A stretch of DNA of 64,000 nt from Eledone cirrhosa (lineage: Eukaryota). Position 1 is the first letter of the stretch; each line of letters opens with the position of its first letter. The notes under the pieces are model-generated. The model was not told the origin of the DNA, searched no databases, and saw nothing but the letters and a program-made list of their open reading frames with translations. The stretch covers positions 209,188,001-209,252,000 of the forward strand of contig OZ024741.1 of the NCBI GenBank assembly GCA_964016885.1, given 5' to 3'. Below are positions 41,201 through 54,800 of the stretch, piece by piece. Position numbers and translations under genes: made by a program.

Positions 41201-42860
41201 ACTTAACTTAACCGCAACTTAACTTAACCGCAACCTAACTTAACCCCAACTTAACTTAACCGCAACCTAACTTAACCCCAACTTAACTTAACCGCAACTT
41301 AACTTAACCGCAACTTAGCTTAACCCCAACCTTTGGTGGGATCGATCTGTAATTACTGGTACATGTGCAGACACTGATTGGCTGTGTGTGGCCTGATTTT
41401 CAGAAAGATATCTCCGTAAAATAACGAGTGGTGGCTGCGTAAAATAATGAATTACGCACGAAAATGAGAAAATTTCGATTCTCGATCGTGGGCCGGCCGG
41501 ATGTCTGATCGATTCGTAAATACAAACAAGGATAATGTGCGGACACTCCTTGGCTGTGTGCGGCATGATTTTCAGGACGATATCTCCGTAAAATCAAGAG
41601 TTGATAACCCCAACTTAACTTAACCCCAACTTAACTTAACCGCAACTTAACTTAACCGCAACCTAACTTAACCCCAACTTAACTTAACCGCAACCTAACT
41701 TAACCCCAACTTAACTTAACCGCAACTTAACTTAACCCCAACCTAACTTAACCCCAACTTAACTTAACCGCAACTTAAATTAACCGCAACCTAACTTAAC
41801 CCCAACTTAACTTAACCGCAACTTAACTTAACCGCAACTTAGCTTAACCCCAACCCTTGGTGGGATCGATCTGTAATTACTGGTACATGTGCAGACACTC
41901 ATTGGCTGTGTGTGGCCTGATTTTCAGAAAGATATCTCCGTAAAATAACGAGTGGTGGCTGCGTAAAATAAGGAATTACGCACGAAAATGAGAAAATTTC
42001 GATTCTCGATCGTGGGCCGGCCGGATGTCGCATCGATTCGTAAATAGAAGGATAATGTGCGGACACTCCTTGGCTGTGTGCGGCATGATTTTCAGGACGA
42101 TATTTCCGTAAAATCAAGAGTTGATAACCCCAACTTAACTTAACCCCAACTTAACTTAACCCCAACTTAACTTAACCGCAACCTAACTTAACCCCAACTT
42201 AACTTAACCCCAACCTAACTTAACCCCAACTTAACTTAACCGCAACTTAACTTAACCGCAACCTAACTTAACCCCAACTTAACTTAACCGCAACTTAACT
42301 TAACCGCAACTTAGCTTAACCCCAACCCTTGGTGGGATCGATCTGTAATTACTGGTACATGTGCAGACACTCATTGGCTGTGTGTGGCCTGATTTTCAGA
42401 AAGATATCTCCGTAAAATAACGAGTGGTGGCTGCGTAAAATAATGAATTACGCACGAAAATGAGAAAATTTCGATTCTCGATCGTGGGCCGGCCGGATGT
42501 CGGATCGATTCGTAAATACAAGGATAATGTGCGGACACTCCTTGGCTGTGTGCGGCATGATTTTCAGGACGATATCTCCGTAAAATCAAGAGTTGATAAC
42601 CCCAACTTAACTTAACCCCAACTTAACTTAACCGCAACTTAACTTAACCGCAACCTAACTTAACCCCAACTTAACTTAACCGCAACCTAACTTAACCCCA
42701 ACTTAACTTAACCGCAACTTAACTTAACCCCAACCTAACTTAACTCCAACTTAACTTAACCGCAACTTAACTTAACCGCAACCTAACTTAACCCCAACTT
42801 AATTTAACCGCAACTTAACTTAACCGCAACTTAGCTTAACCCCAACCCTTGGTGGGATCG
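35300..42860. repeat. Long-range copy of the ~21500-31080 monomer series, lacking a 2049-bp internal duplication
   Basis: Offsets are 13814 (21516->35330, 22092->35906) and then 11765 (27576->39341, 28610->40375, 29550->41315, 30134->41899). Private SNPs (AATAAGGAATT, CCAACCTTTGG) are shared. 13814-11765 = 2049. Confidence 0.85.
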
Positions 42861-45800
42861 ATCTGTAATTACTGGTACATGTGCAGACACTCATTGGCTG
42901 TGTGTGGCCTGAATTTCAGAAAGATATCTCCGTAAAATAACGAGTGGTGGCTGCGTAAAATAATGAATTACGCACGAAAATGAGAAAATTTCGATTCTCG
43001 ATCGTGGGCCGGCCGGATGTCGGATCGATTCGTAAATACAAGGATAATGTGCGGACACTCCTTGGCTGTGTGCGGCATGATTTTCAGGACGATATATTCT
43101 TAAAATCAAGAGTTGATAACCCCAACTTAACTTAACCCCAACTTAACTTAACCGCAACTTAACTTAACCGCAACCTAACTTAACCCCAACTTAACTTAAC
43201 CGCAACCTAACTTAACCCCAACTTAACTTAACCGCAACTTAACTTAACCCCAACCTAACTTAACCCCAACTTAACTTAACCGCAACTTAACTTAACCGCA
43301 ACCTAACTTAACCCCAACTTAACTTAACCGCAACTTAACTTAACCGCAACTTAGCTTAACCCCAACCCTTGGTGGGATCGATCTGTAATTACTGGTACAT
43401 GTGCAGACACTCATTGGCTGTGTGTGGCCTGATTTTCAGAAAGATATCTCCGTAAAATAACGAGTGGTGGCTGCGTAAAATAATGAATTACGCACGAAAA
43501 TGAGAAAATTTCGATTCTCGATCGTGGGCCGGCCGGATGTCGCATCGATTCGTAAATAGAAGGATAATGTGCGGACACTCCTTGGCTGTGTGCGGCATGA
43601 TTTTCAGGACGATATTTCCGTAAAATCAAGAGTTGATAACCCCAACTTAACTTAACCCCAACTTAACTTAACCCCAACTTAACTTAACCGCAACCTAACT
43701 CAACCCCAACTTAACTTAACCGCAACCTAACTTAACCCCAACTTAACTTAACCGCAACTTAACTTAACCGCAACCTAACTTAACCCCAACTTAACTTAAC
43801 CGCAACTTAACTTAACCGCAACCTAACTTAACCCCAACTTAACTTAACCGCAACTTAACTTAACCGCAACTTAGCTTAACCCCAACCCTTGGTGGGATCG
43901 ATCTGTAATTACTGGTACATGTGCAGACACTCATTGGCTGTGTGTGGCCTGATTTTCAGATAGATATCTCCGTAAAATAACGAGTGGTGGCTGCGTAAAA
44001 TAATGAATTACGCACGAAAATGAGAAAATTTCGATTCTCGATCGTGGGCCGGCCGGATGTCGGATCGATTCGTAAATACAAGGATAATGTGCGGACACTC
44101 CTTGGCTGTGTGCGGCATGATTTTCAGGACGATATCTCCGTAAAATCAAGAGTTGATAACCCCAACTTAACTTAACCCCAACTTAACTTAACCGCAACTT
44201 AACTTAACCGCAACCTAACTTAACCCCAACTTAACTTAACCGCAACCTAACTTAACCCCAACTTAACTTAACCGCAACTTAACTTAACCCCAACCTAACT
44301 TAACCCCAACTTAACTTAACCGCAACTTAACTTAACCGCAACCTAACTTAACCCCAACTTAACTTAACCGCAACTTAACTTAACCGCAACTTAGCTTAAC
44401 CCCAACCCTTGGTGGGATCGATCTGTAATTACTGGTACATGTGCAGACACTCATTGGCTGTGTGTGGCCTGATTTTCAGATAGATATCTCCGTAAAATAA
44501 CGAGTGGTGGCTGCGTAAAATAATGAATTACGCACGAAAATGAGAAAATTTCGATTCTCGATCGTGGGCCGGCTGGTTGTCGGATCGATTCGTAAATACA
44601 AGGATAATGTGCGGACACTCCTTGCCTGTGTGCCGCATGATTTTCAGGACGATATCTCCGTAAAATCAAGAGTTGATAACCCCAACTTAACTTAACCCCA
44701 ACTTAACTTAACCCCAACTTAACTTAACCCCAACTTAACTTAACCGCAACTTAACTTAACCGCAACCTAACTTAACCCCAACTTAACTTAACCGCAACCT
44801 AACTTAACCACAACTTAACTTAACCGCAACTTAACTTAACCCCAACCTAACTTAACCCCAACTTAACTTAACCGCAACTTAACTTATCCCCAACCTAACT
44901 TAACCCCAACTTAACTTAACCGCAACTTAACTTAACCGCAACTTAGCTTAACCCCAACCCTTGGTGGGATCGATCTGTAATTACTGGTACATGTGCAGAC
45001 ACTCATTGGCTGTGTGTGGCCTGATTTTCAGAAAGATATCTCCGTAAAATAACGAGTGGTGGCTGCGTAAAATAATGAATTACACACGAAAATGAGAAAA
45101 TTTCGATTCTCGATCGTGGGCCGGCCGGATGTCGGATCGATTCGTAAATACAAGGATAATGTGCGGACACTCCTTGGCTGTGTGCGGCATGATTTTCAGG
45201 ACGATATCTCCGTAAAATCAAGAGTTGATAACCCCAACTTAACTTAACCCCAACTTAACTTAACCGCAACTTAACTTAACCGCAACCTAACTTAACCCCA
45301 ACTTAACTTAACCGCAACCTAACTTAACCCCAACTTAACTTAACCGCAACTTAACTTAACCGCAACTTAGCTTAACCCCAACCCTTGGTGGGATCGATCT
45401 GTAATTACTGGTACATGTGCAGACACTGATTGGCTGTGTGTGGCCTGATTTTCAGAAAGATATCTCCGTAAAATAACGAGTGGTGGCTGCGTAAAATAAT
45501 GAATTACGCACGAAAATGAGAAAATTTCGATTCTCGATCGTGGGCCGGCCGGATGTCTGATCGATTCGTAAATACAAACAAGGATAATGTGCGGACACTC
45601 CTTGGCTGTGTGCGGCATGATTTTCAGGACGATATCTCCGTAAAATCAAGAGTTGATAACCCCAACTTAACTTAACCCCAACTTAACTTAACCGCAACTT
45701 AACTTAACCGCAACCTAACTTAACCCCAACTTAACTTAACCGCAACCTAACTTAACCCCAACTTAACTTAACCGCAACTTAACTTAACCCCAACCTAACT

Positions 45801-48800
45801 TAACTCCAACTTAACTTAACCGCAACTTAACTTAACCGCAACCTAACTTAACCCCAACTTAATTTAACCGCAACTTAACTTAACCGCAACTTAGCTTAAC
45901 CCCAACCCTTGGTGGGATCGATCTGTAATTAATGGTACATGTGCAGACACTCATTGGCTGTGTGTGGCCTGATTTTCAGAAAGATATCTCCGTAAAATAA
46001 CGAGTGGTGGCTGCGTAAAATAATGAATTACGCACGAAAATGAGAAAATTTCGATTCTCGATCGTGGGCCGGCCGGATGTCGGATCGATTCGTAAATACA
46101 AGGATAATGTGCGGACACTCCTTGGCTGTGTGCGGCATGATTTTCAGGACGATATCTCCGTAAAATCAAGAGTTGATAACCCCAACTTAACTTAACCCCA
46201 ACTTAACTTAACCGCAACTTAACTTAACCGCAACCTAACTTAACCCCAACTTAACTTAACCGCAACCTAACTTAACCCCAACTTAACTTAACCGCAACTT
46301 AACTTAACCCCAACCTAACTTAACCCCAACTTAACTTAACCGCAACTTAACTTAACCGCAACCTAACTTAACCCCAACTTAACTTAACCGCAACTTAACT
46401 TAACCGCAACTTAGCTTAACCCCAACCCTTGGTGGGATCGATCTGTAATTACTGGTACATGTGCAGACACTCATTGGCTGTGTGTGGCCTGATTTTCAGA
46501 AAGATATCTCCTTAAAATAACGAGTGGTGGCTGCGTAAAATAATGAATTACGCACGAAAATGAGAAAATTTCTATTCTCGATCCTGGGCCGGCCGGATGT
46601 CGGATCGATTCGTAAATACAAGGATAATGTGCGGACACTCCTTGGCTGTGTGCGGCATGATTTTCAGGACGATATCTCCGTAAAATCAAGAGTTGATAAC
46701 CCCAACTTAACTTAACCCCAACTTAACTTAACCGCAACTTAACTTAACCGCAACCTAACTTAACCCCAACTTAACTTAAACGCAACCTAACTTAACCCCA
46801 ACTTAACTTAACCGCAACTTAACTTAACCCCAACCTAACTTAACCCCAACTTAACTTAACCGCAACTTAACTTAACCGCAACCTAACTTAACCCCAACTT
46901 AACTTAACCGCAACTTAACTTAACCGCAACTTAGCTTAACCCCAACCCTTGGTGGGATCGATCTGTAATTACTGGTACATGTGCAGACACTCATTGGCTG
47001 TGTGTGGCCTGATTTTCAGAAAGATATCTCCGTAAAATAACGAATGGTGGCTGCGTAAAATAATGAATTACGCACGAAAATGAGAAAATTTCGATTCTCG
47101 ATCGTGGGCCGGCCGGATGTCGGATCGATTCGTAAATACAAGGATAATGTGCGGACACTCCTTGGCTGTGTGCCGCATGATTTTCAGGACGATATCTCCG
47201 TAAAATCAAGAGTTGATAACCCCAACTTAACTTAACCCCAACTTAACTTAACCGCAACTTAACTTAACCGCAACCTAACTTAACCCCAACTTAACTTAAC
47301 CGCAACCTAACTTAACCCCAACTTAACTTAACCGCAACTTAACTTAACCCCAACCTAACTTAACCCCAACTTAACTTAACCGCAACTTAACTTAACCGCA
47401 ACCTAACTTAACCCCAACTTAACTTAACCGCAACTTAACTTAACCGCAACTTAGCTTAACCCCAACCCTTGGTGGGATCGATCTGTAATTACTGGTACAT
47501 GTGCAGACACTCATTGGCTGTGTGTGGCCTGATTTTCAGATAGATATCTCCGTAAAATAACGAGTGGTGGCTGCGTAAAATAATGAATTACGCACGAAAA
47601 TGAGAAAATTTCGATTCTCGATCGTGGGCCGGCCGGATGTCGGATCGATTCGTAAATACAAGGATAATGTGCGGACACTCATTGGCTGTGTGCGGCATGA
47701 TTTTCAGGACGATATCTCCGTAAAATCAAGAGTTGATAACCCCAACTTAACTTAACCCCAACTTAACTTAACCGCAACTTAACTTAACCGCAACTTAACT
47801 TAACCGCAACCTAACTTAACCCCAACTTAACTTAACCGCAACCTAACTTAACCCCAACTTAACTTAACCCCAACCTAACTTAACCCCAACTTAACTTAAC
47901 CGCAACTTAACTTAACCGCAACCTAACTTAACCCCAAGTTAACTTAACCGCAACTTAACTTAACCGCAACTTAGCTTAACCCCAACCCTTAGTGGGATCG
48001 ATCTGTAATTACTGGTACATGTGCAGACACTCATTGGCTGTGTGTGGCCTGATTTTCAGAAAGATATCTCCGTAAAATAACGAGTGGTGGCTGCGTAAAA
48101 TAATGAATTACGCACGAAAATGAGAAAATTTCGATTCTCGATCGTGGGCCGGCTGGTTGTCGGATCGATTCGTAAATACAAGGATAATGTGCGGACACTC
48201 CTTGCCTGTGTGCCGCATGATTTTCAGGACGATATCTCCGTAAAATCAAGAGTTGATAACCCCAACTTAACTTAATCCCAACTTAACTTAACCCCAACTT
48301 AACTTAACCCCAACTTAACTTAACCGCAACTTAACTTAACCGCAACCTAACTTAACCCCAACTTAACTTAACCGCAACCTAACTTAACCACAACTTAACT
48401 TAACCGCAACTTAACTTAACCCCAACCTAACTTAACCCCAACTTAACTTAACCGCAACTTAACTTAACCCCAACCTAACTTAACCCCAACTTAACTTAAC
48501 CGCAACTTAACTTAACCGCAACTTAGCTTAACCCCAACCCTTGGTGGGATCGATCTGTAATTACTGGTACATGTGCAGACACTCATTGGCTGTATGTGGC
48601 CTGATTTTCAGAAAGATATCTCCGTAAAATAACGAGTGGTGGCTGCGTAAAATAATGAATTACACACGAAAATGAGAAAATTTCGATTCTCGATCGTGGG
48701 CCGGCCGGATGTCGGATCGATTCGTAAATACAAGGATAATGTGCGGACACTCCTTGGCTGTGTGCGGCATGATTTTCAGGACGATATCTCCGTAAAATCA

Positions 48801-51800
48801 AGAGTTGATAACCCCAACTTAACTTAACCCCAACTTAACTTAACCGCAACTTAACTTAACCGCAACCTAACTTAACCCCAACTTAACTTAACCGCAACCT
48901 AACTTAACCCCAACTTAACTTAACCGCAACTTAACTTAACCCCAACCTAACTTAACTCCAACTTAACTTAACCGCAACTTAACTTAACCGCAACCTAACT
49001 TAACCCCAACTTAATTTAACCGCAACTTAACTTAACCGCAACTTAGCTTAACCCCAACCCTTGGTGGGATCGATCTGTAATTACTGGTACATGTGCAGAC
49101 ACTCATTGGCTGTGTGTGGCCTGATTTTCAGAAAGATATCTCCGTAAAATAACGAGTGGTGGCTGCGTAAAATAATGAATTACGCACGAAAATGAGAAAA
49201 TTTCGATTCTCGATCGTGGGCCGGCCGGATGTCGGATCGATTCGTAAATACAAGGATAATGTGCGGACACTCCTTGGCTGTGTGCGGCATGATTTTCAGG
49301 ACGATATATTCTTAAAATCAAGAGTTGATAACCCCAACTTAACTTAACCCCAACTTAACTTAACCGCAACTTAACTTAACCGCAACCTAACTTAACCCCA
49401 ACTTAACTTAACCGCAACCTAACTTAACCCCAACTTAACTTAACCGCAACTTAACTTAACCCCAACCTAACTTAACCCCAACTTAACTTAACCGCAACTT
49501 AACTTAACCGCAACCTAACTTAACCCCAACTTAACTTAACCGCAACTTAACTTAACCGCAACTTAGCTTAACCCCAACCCTTGGTGGGATCGATCTGTAA
49601 TTACTGGTACATGTGCAGACACTCATTGGCTGTGTGTGGCCTGATTTTCAGAAAGATATCTCCGTAAAATAACGAGTGGTGGCTGCGTAAAATAATGAAT
49701 TACGCACGAAAATGAGAAAATTTCGATTCTCGATCGTGGGCCGGCCGGATGTCGCATCGATTCGTAAATAGAAGGATAATGTGCGGACACTCCTTGGCTG
49801 TGTGCGGCATGATTTTCAGGACGATATTTCCGTAAAATCAAGAGTTGATAACCCCAACTTAACTTAACCCCAACTTAACTTAACCCCAACTTAACTTAAC
49901 CGCAACCTAACTCAACCCCAACTTAACTTAACCGCAACCTAACTTAACCCCAACTTAACTTAACCGCAACTTAACTTAACCGCAACCTAACTTAACCCCA
50001 ACTTAACTTAACCGCAACTTAACTTAACCGCAACCTAACTTAACCCCAACTTAACTTAACCGCAACTTAACTTAACCGCAACTTAGCTTAACCCCAACCC
50101 TTGGTGGGATCGATCTGTAATTACTGGTACATGTGCAGACACTCATTGGCTGTGTGTGGCCTGATTTTCAGATAGATATCTCCGTAAAATAACGAGTGGT
50201 GGCTGCGTAAAATAATGAATTACGCACGAAAATGAGAAAATTTCGATTCTCGATCGTGGGCCGGCCGGATGTCGGATCGATTCGTAAATACAAGGATAAT
50301 GTGCGGACACTCCTTGGCTGTGTGCGGCATGATTTTCAGGACGATATCTCCGTAAAATCAAGAGTTGATAACCCCAACTTAACTTAACCCCAACTTAACT
50401 TAACCGCAACTTAACTTAACCGCAACCTAACTTAACCCCAACTTAACTTAACCGCAACCTAACTTAACCCCAACTTAACTTAACCGCAACTTAACTTAAC
50501 CCCAACCTAACTTAACCCCAACTTAACTTAACCGCAACTTAACTTAACCGCAACCTAACTTAACCCCAACTTAACTTAACCGCAACTTAACTTAACCGCA
50601 ACTTAGCTTAACCCCAACCCTTGGTGGGATCGATCTGTAATTACTGGTACATGTGCAGACACTCATTGGCTGTGTGTGGCCTGATTTTCAGATAGATATC
50701 TCCGTAAAATAACGAGTGGTGGCTGCGTAAAATAATGAATTACGCACGAAAATGAGAAAATTTCGATTCTCGATCGTGGGCCGGCCGGATGTCGGATCGA
50801 TTCGTAAATGCAAGGATAATGTGCGGACACTCCTTGGCTGTGTGCGGCATGATTTTCAGGACGATATCTCCGTAAAATCAAGAGTTGATAACCCCAACTT
50901 AACTTAACCCCAACTTAACTTAACCGCAACTTAACTTAACCGCAACTTAACTTAACCGCAACCTAACTTAACCCCAACTTAACTTAACCGCAACCTAACT
51001 TAACCCCAACTTAACTTAACCCCAACCTAACTTAACCCCAACTTAACTTAACCGCAACCTAACTTAACCCCAACTTAACTTAACCGCAACTTAACTTAAC
51101 CGCAACTTAGCTTAACCCCAACCCTTAGTGGGATCGATCTGTAATTACTGGTACATGTGCAGACACTCATTGGCTGTGTGTGGCCTGATTTTCAGAAAGA
51201 TATCTCCGTAAAATAACGAGTGGTGGCTGCGTAAAATAATGAATTACGCACGAAAATGAGAAAATTTCGATTCTCGATCGTGGGCCGGCTGTTTGTCGGA
51301 TCGATTCGTAAATACAAGGATAATGTGCGGACACTCCTTGCCTGTGTGCCGCATGATTTTCAGGACGATATCTCCGTAAAATCAAGAGTTGATAACCCCA
51401 ACTTAACTTAACCCCAACTTAACTTAACCGCAACTTAACTTAACCGCAACCTAACTTAACCCCAACTTAACTTAACCGCAACCTAACTTAACCCCAACTT
51501 AACTTAACCGCAACTTAACTTAACCCCAACCTAACTTAACCCCAACTTAACTTAACCGCAACTTAACTTAACCGCAACCTAACTTAACCCCAGCTTAACT
51601 TAACCGCAACTTAACTTAACCCCAACTTAGCTTAACCCCAACCCTTGGTGGGATCGATCTGTAATTACTGGTACATGTGCAGACACTCATTGGCGGTGTG
51701 TGGCCTGATTTTCAGAAAGATATCTCCGTAAAATAACGAGTGTGATGGCTGCGTAAAATAATGAATTACGCACGAAAATGAGAAAATTTCGATTCTCGAT

Positions 51801-54800
51801 CGTGGGCCGGCCGGATGTCGCATCGATTCGTAAATAGAAGGATAATGTGCGGACACTCCTTGGCTGTGTGCGGCATGATTTTCAGGACGATATTTCCGTA
51901 AAATCAAGAGTTGATAACCCCAACTTAACTTAACCCCAACTTAACTTAACCCCAACTTAACTTAACCCCAACTTAACTTAACCGCAACTTAACTTAACCG
52001 CAACCTCACTTAACCCCAACTTAACTTAACCGCAACCTAACTTAACCACAACTTAACTTAACCGCAACTTAACTTAACCCCAACCTAACTTAACCCCAAC
52101 TTAACTTAACCGCAACTTAACTTAACCGCAACCTAACTTAACCCCAACTTAACTTAACCGCAACTTAACTTAACCGCAACTTAGCTTAACCCCAACCCTT
52201 GGTGGGATCGATCTGTAATTACTGGTACATGTGCAGACACTCATTGGCTGTGTGTGGCCTGATTTTCAGAAAGATATCTCCGTAAAATAACGAGTGGTGG
52301 CTGCGTAAAATAATGAATTACACACGAAAATGAGAAAATTTCGATTCTCGATCGTGGGCCGGCCGGATGTCGGATCGATTCGTAAATACAAGGATAATGT
52401 GCGGACACTCCTTGGCTGTGTGCGGCATGATTTTCAGGACGATATCTCCGTAAAATCAAGAGTTGATAACCCCAACTTAACTTAACCCCAACTTAACTTA
52501 ACCGCAACTTAACTTAACCGCAACCTAACTTAACCCCAACTTAACTTAACCGCAACCTAACTTAACCCCAACTTAACTTAACCGCAACTTAACTTAACCG
52601 CAACTTAGCTTAACCCCAACCCTTGGTGGGATCGATCTGTAATTACTGGTACATGTGCAGACACTGATTGGCTGTGTGTGGCCTGATTTTCAGAAAGATA
52701 TCTCCGTAAAATAACGAGTGGTGGCTGCGTAAAATAATGAATTACGCACGAAAATGAGAAAATTTCGATTCTCGATCGTGGGCCGGCCGGATGTCTGATC
52801 GATTCGTAAATACAAACAAGGATAATGTGCGGACACTCCTTGGCTGTGTGCGGCATGATTTTCAGGACGATATCTCCGTAAAATCAAGAGTTGATAACCC
52901 CAACTTAACTTAACCCCAACTTAACTTAACCGCAACTTAACTTAACCGCAACCTAACTTAACCCCAACTTAACTTAACCGCAACCTAACTTAACCCCAAC
53001 TTAACTTAACCGCAACTTAACTTAACCCCAACCTAACTTAACCCCAACTTAACTTAACCGCAACTTAACTTAACCGCAACCTAACTTAACCCCAACTTAA
53101 CTTAACCGCAACTTAACTTAACCGCAACTTAGCTTAACCCCAACCCTTGGTGGGATCGATCTGTAATTACTGGTACATGTGCAGACACTCATTGGCTGTG
53201 TGTGGCCTGATTTTCAGAAAGATATCTCCGTAAAATAACGAGTGGTGGCTGCGTAAAATAATGAATTACGCACGAAAATGAGAAAATTTCGATTCTCGAT
53301 CGTGGGCCGGCCGGATGTCGGATCGATTCGTAAATGCAAGGATAATGTGCGGACACTCCTTGGCTGTGTGCGGCATGATTTTCAGGACGATATCTCCGTA
53401 AAATCAAGAGTTGATAACCCCAACTTAACTTAACCCCAACTTAACTTAACCGCAACTTAACTTAACCGCAACTTAACTTAACCGCAACCTAACTTAACCC
53501 CAACTTAACTTAACCGCAACCTAACTTAACCCCAACTTAACTTAACCCCAACCTAACTTAACCCCAACTTAACTTAACCGCAACCTAACTTAACCCCAAC
53601 TTAACTTAACCGCAACTTAACTTAACCGCAACTTAGCTTAACCCCAACCCTTAGTGGGATCGATCTGTAATTACTGGTACATGTGCAGACACTCATTGGC
53701 TGTGTGTGGCCTGATTTTCAGAAAGATATCTCCGTAAAATAACGAGTGGTGGCTGCGTAAAATAATGAATTACGCACGAAAATGAGAAAATTTCGATTCT
53801 CGATCGTGGGCCGGCTGTTTGTCGGATCGATTCGTAAATACAAGGATAATGTGCGGACACTCCTTGCCTGTGTGCCGCATGATTTTAAGGACGATATCTC
53901 CGTAAAATCAAGAGTTGATAACCCCAACTTAACTTAACCCCAACTTAACTTAACCGCAACTTAACTTAACCGCAACCTAACTTAACCCCAACTTAACTTA
54001 ACCGCAACCTAACTTAACCCCAACTTAACTTAACCGCAACTTAACTTAACCCCAACCTAACTTAACCCCAACTTAACTTAACCGCAACTTAACTTAACCG
54101 CAACCTAACTTAACCCCAGCTTAACTTAACCGCAACTTAACTTAACCCCAACTTAGCTTAACCCCAACCCTTGGTGGGATCGATCTGTAATTACTGGTAC
54201 ATGTGCAGACACTCATTGGCGGTGTGTGGCCTGATTTTCAGAAAGATATCTCCGTAAAATAACGAGTGTGATGGCTGCGTAAAATAATGAATTACGCACG
54301 AAAATGAGAAAATTTCGATTCTCGATCGTGGGCCGGCCGGATGTCGCATCGATTCGTAAATAGAAGGATAATGTGCGGACACTCCTTGGCTGTGTGCGGC
54401 ATGATTTTCAGGACGATATTTCCGTAAAATCAAGAGTTGATAACCCCAACTTAACTTAACCCCAACTTAACTTAACCCCAACTTAACTTAACCCCAACTT
54501 AACTTAACCGCAACTTAACTTAACCGCAACCTCACTTAACCCCAACTTAACTTAACCGCAACCTAACTTAACCACAACTTAACTTAACCGCAACTTAACT
54601 TAACCCCAACCTAACTTAACCCCAACTTAACTTAACCGCAACTTAACTTAACCGCAACCTAACTTAACCCCAACTTAACTTAACCGCAACTTAACTTAAC
54701 CGCAACTTAGCTTAACCCCAACCCTTGGTGGGATCGATCTGTAATTACTGGTACATGTGCAGACACTCATTGGCTGTGTGTGGCCTGATTTTCAGAAAGA

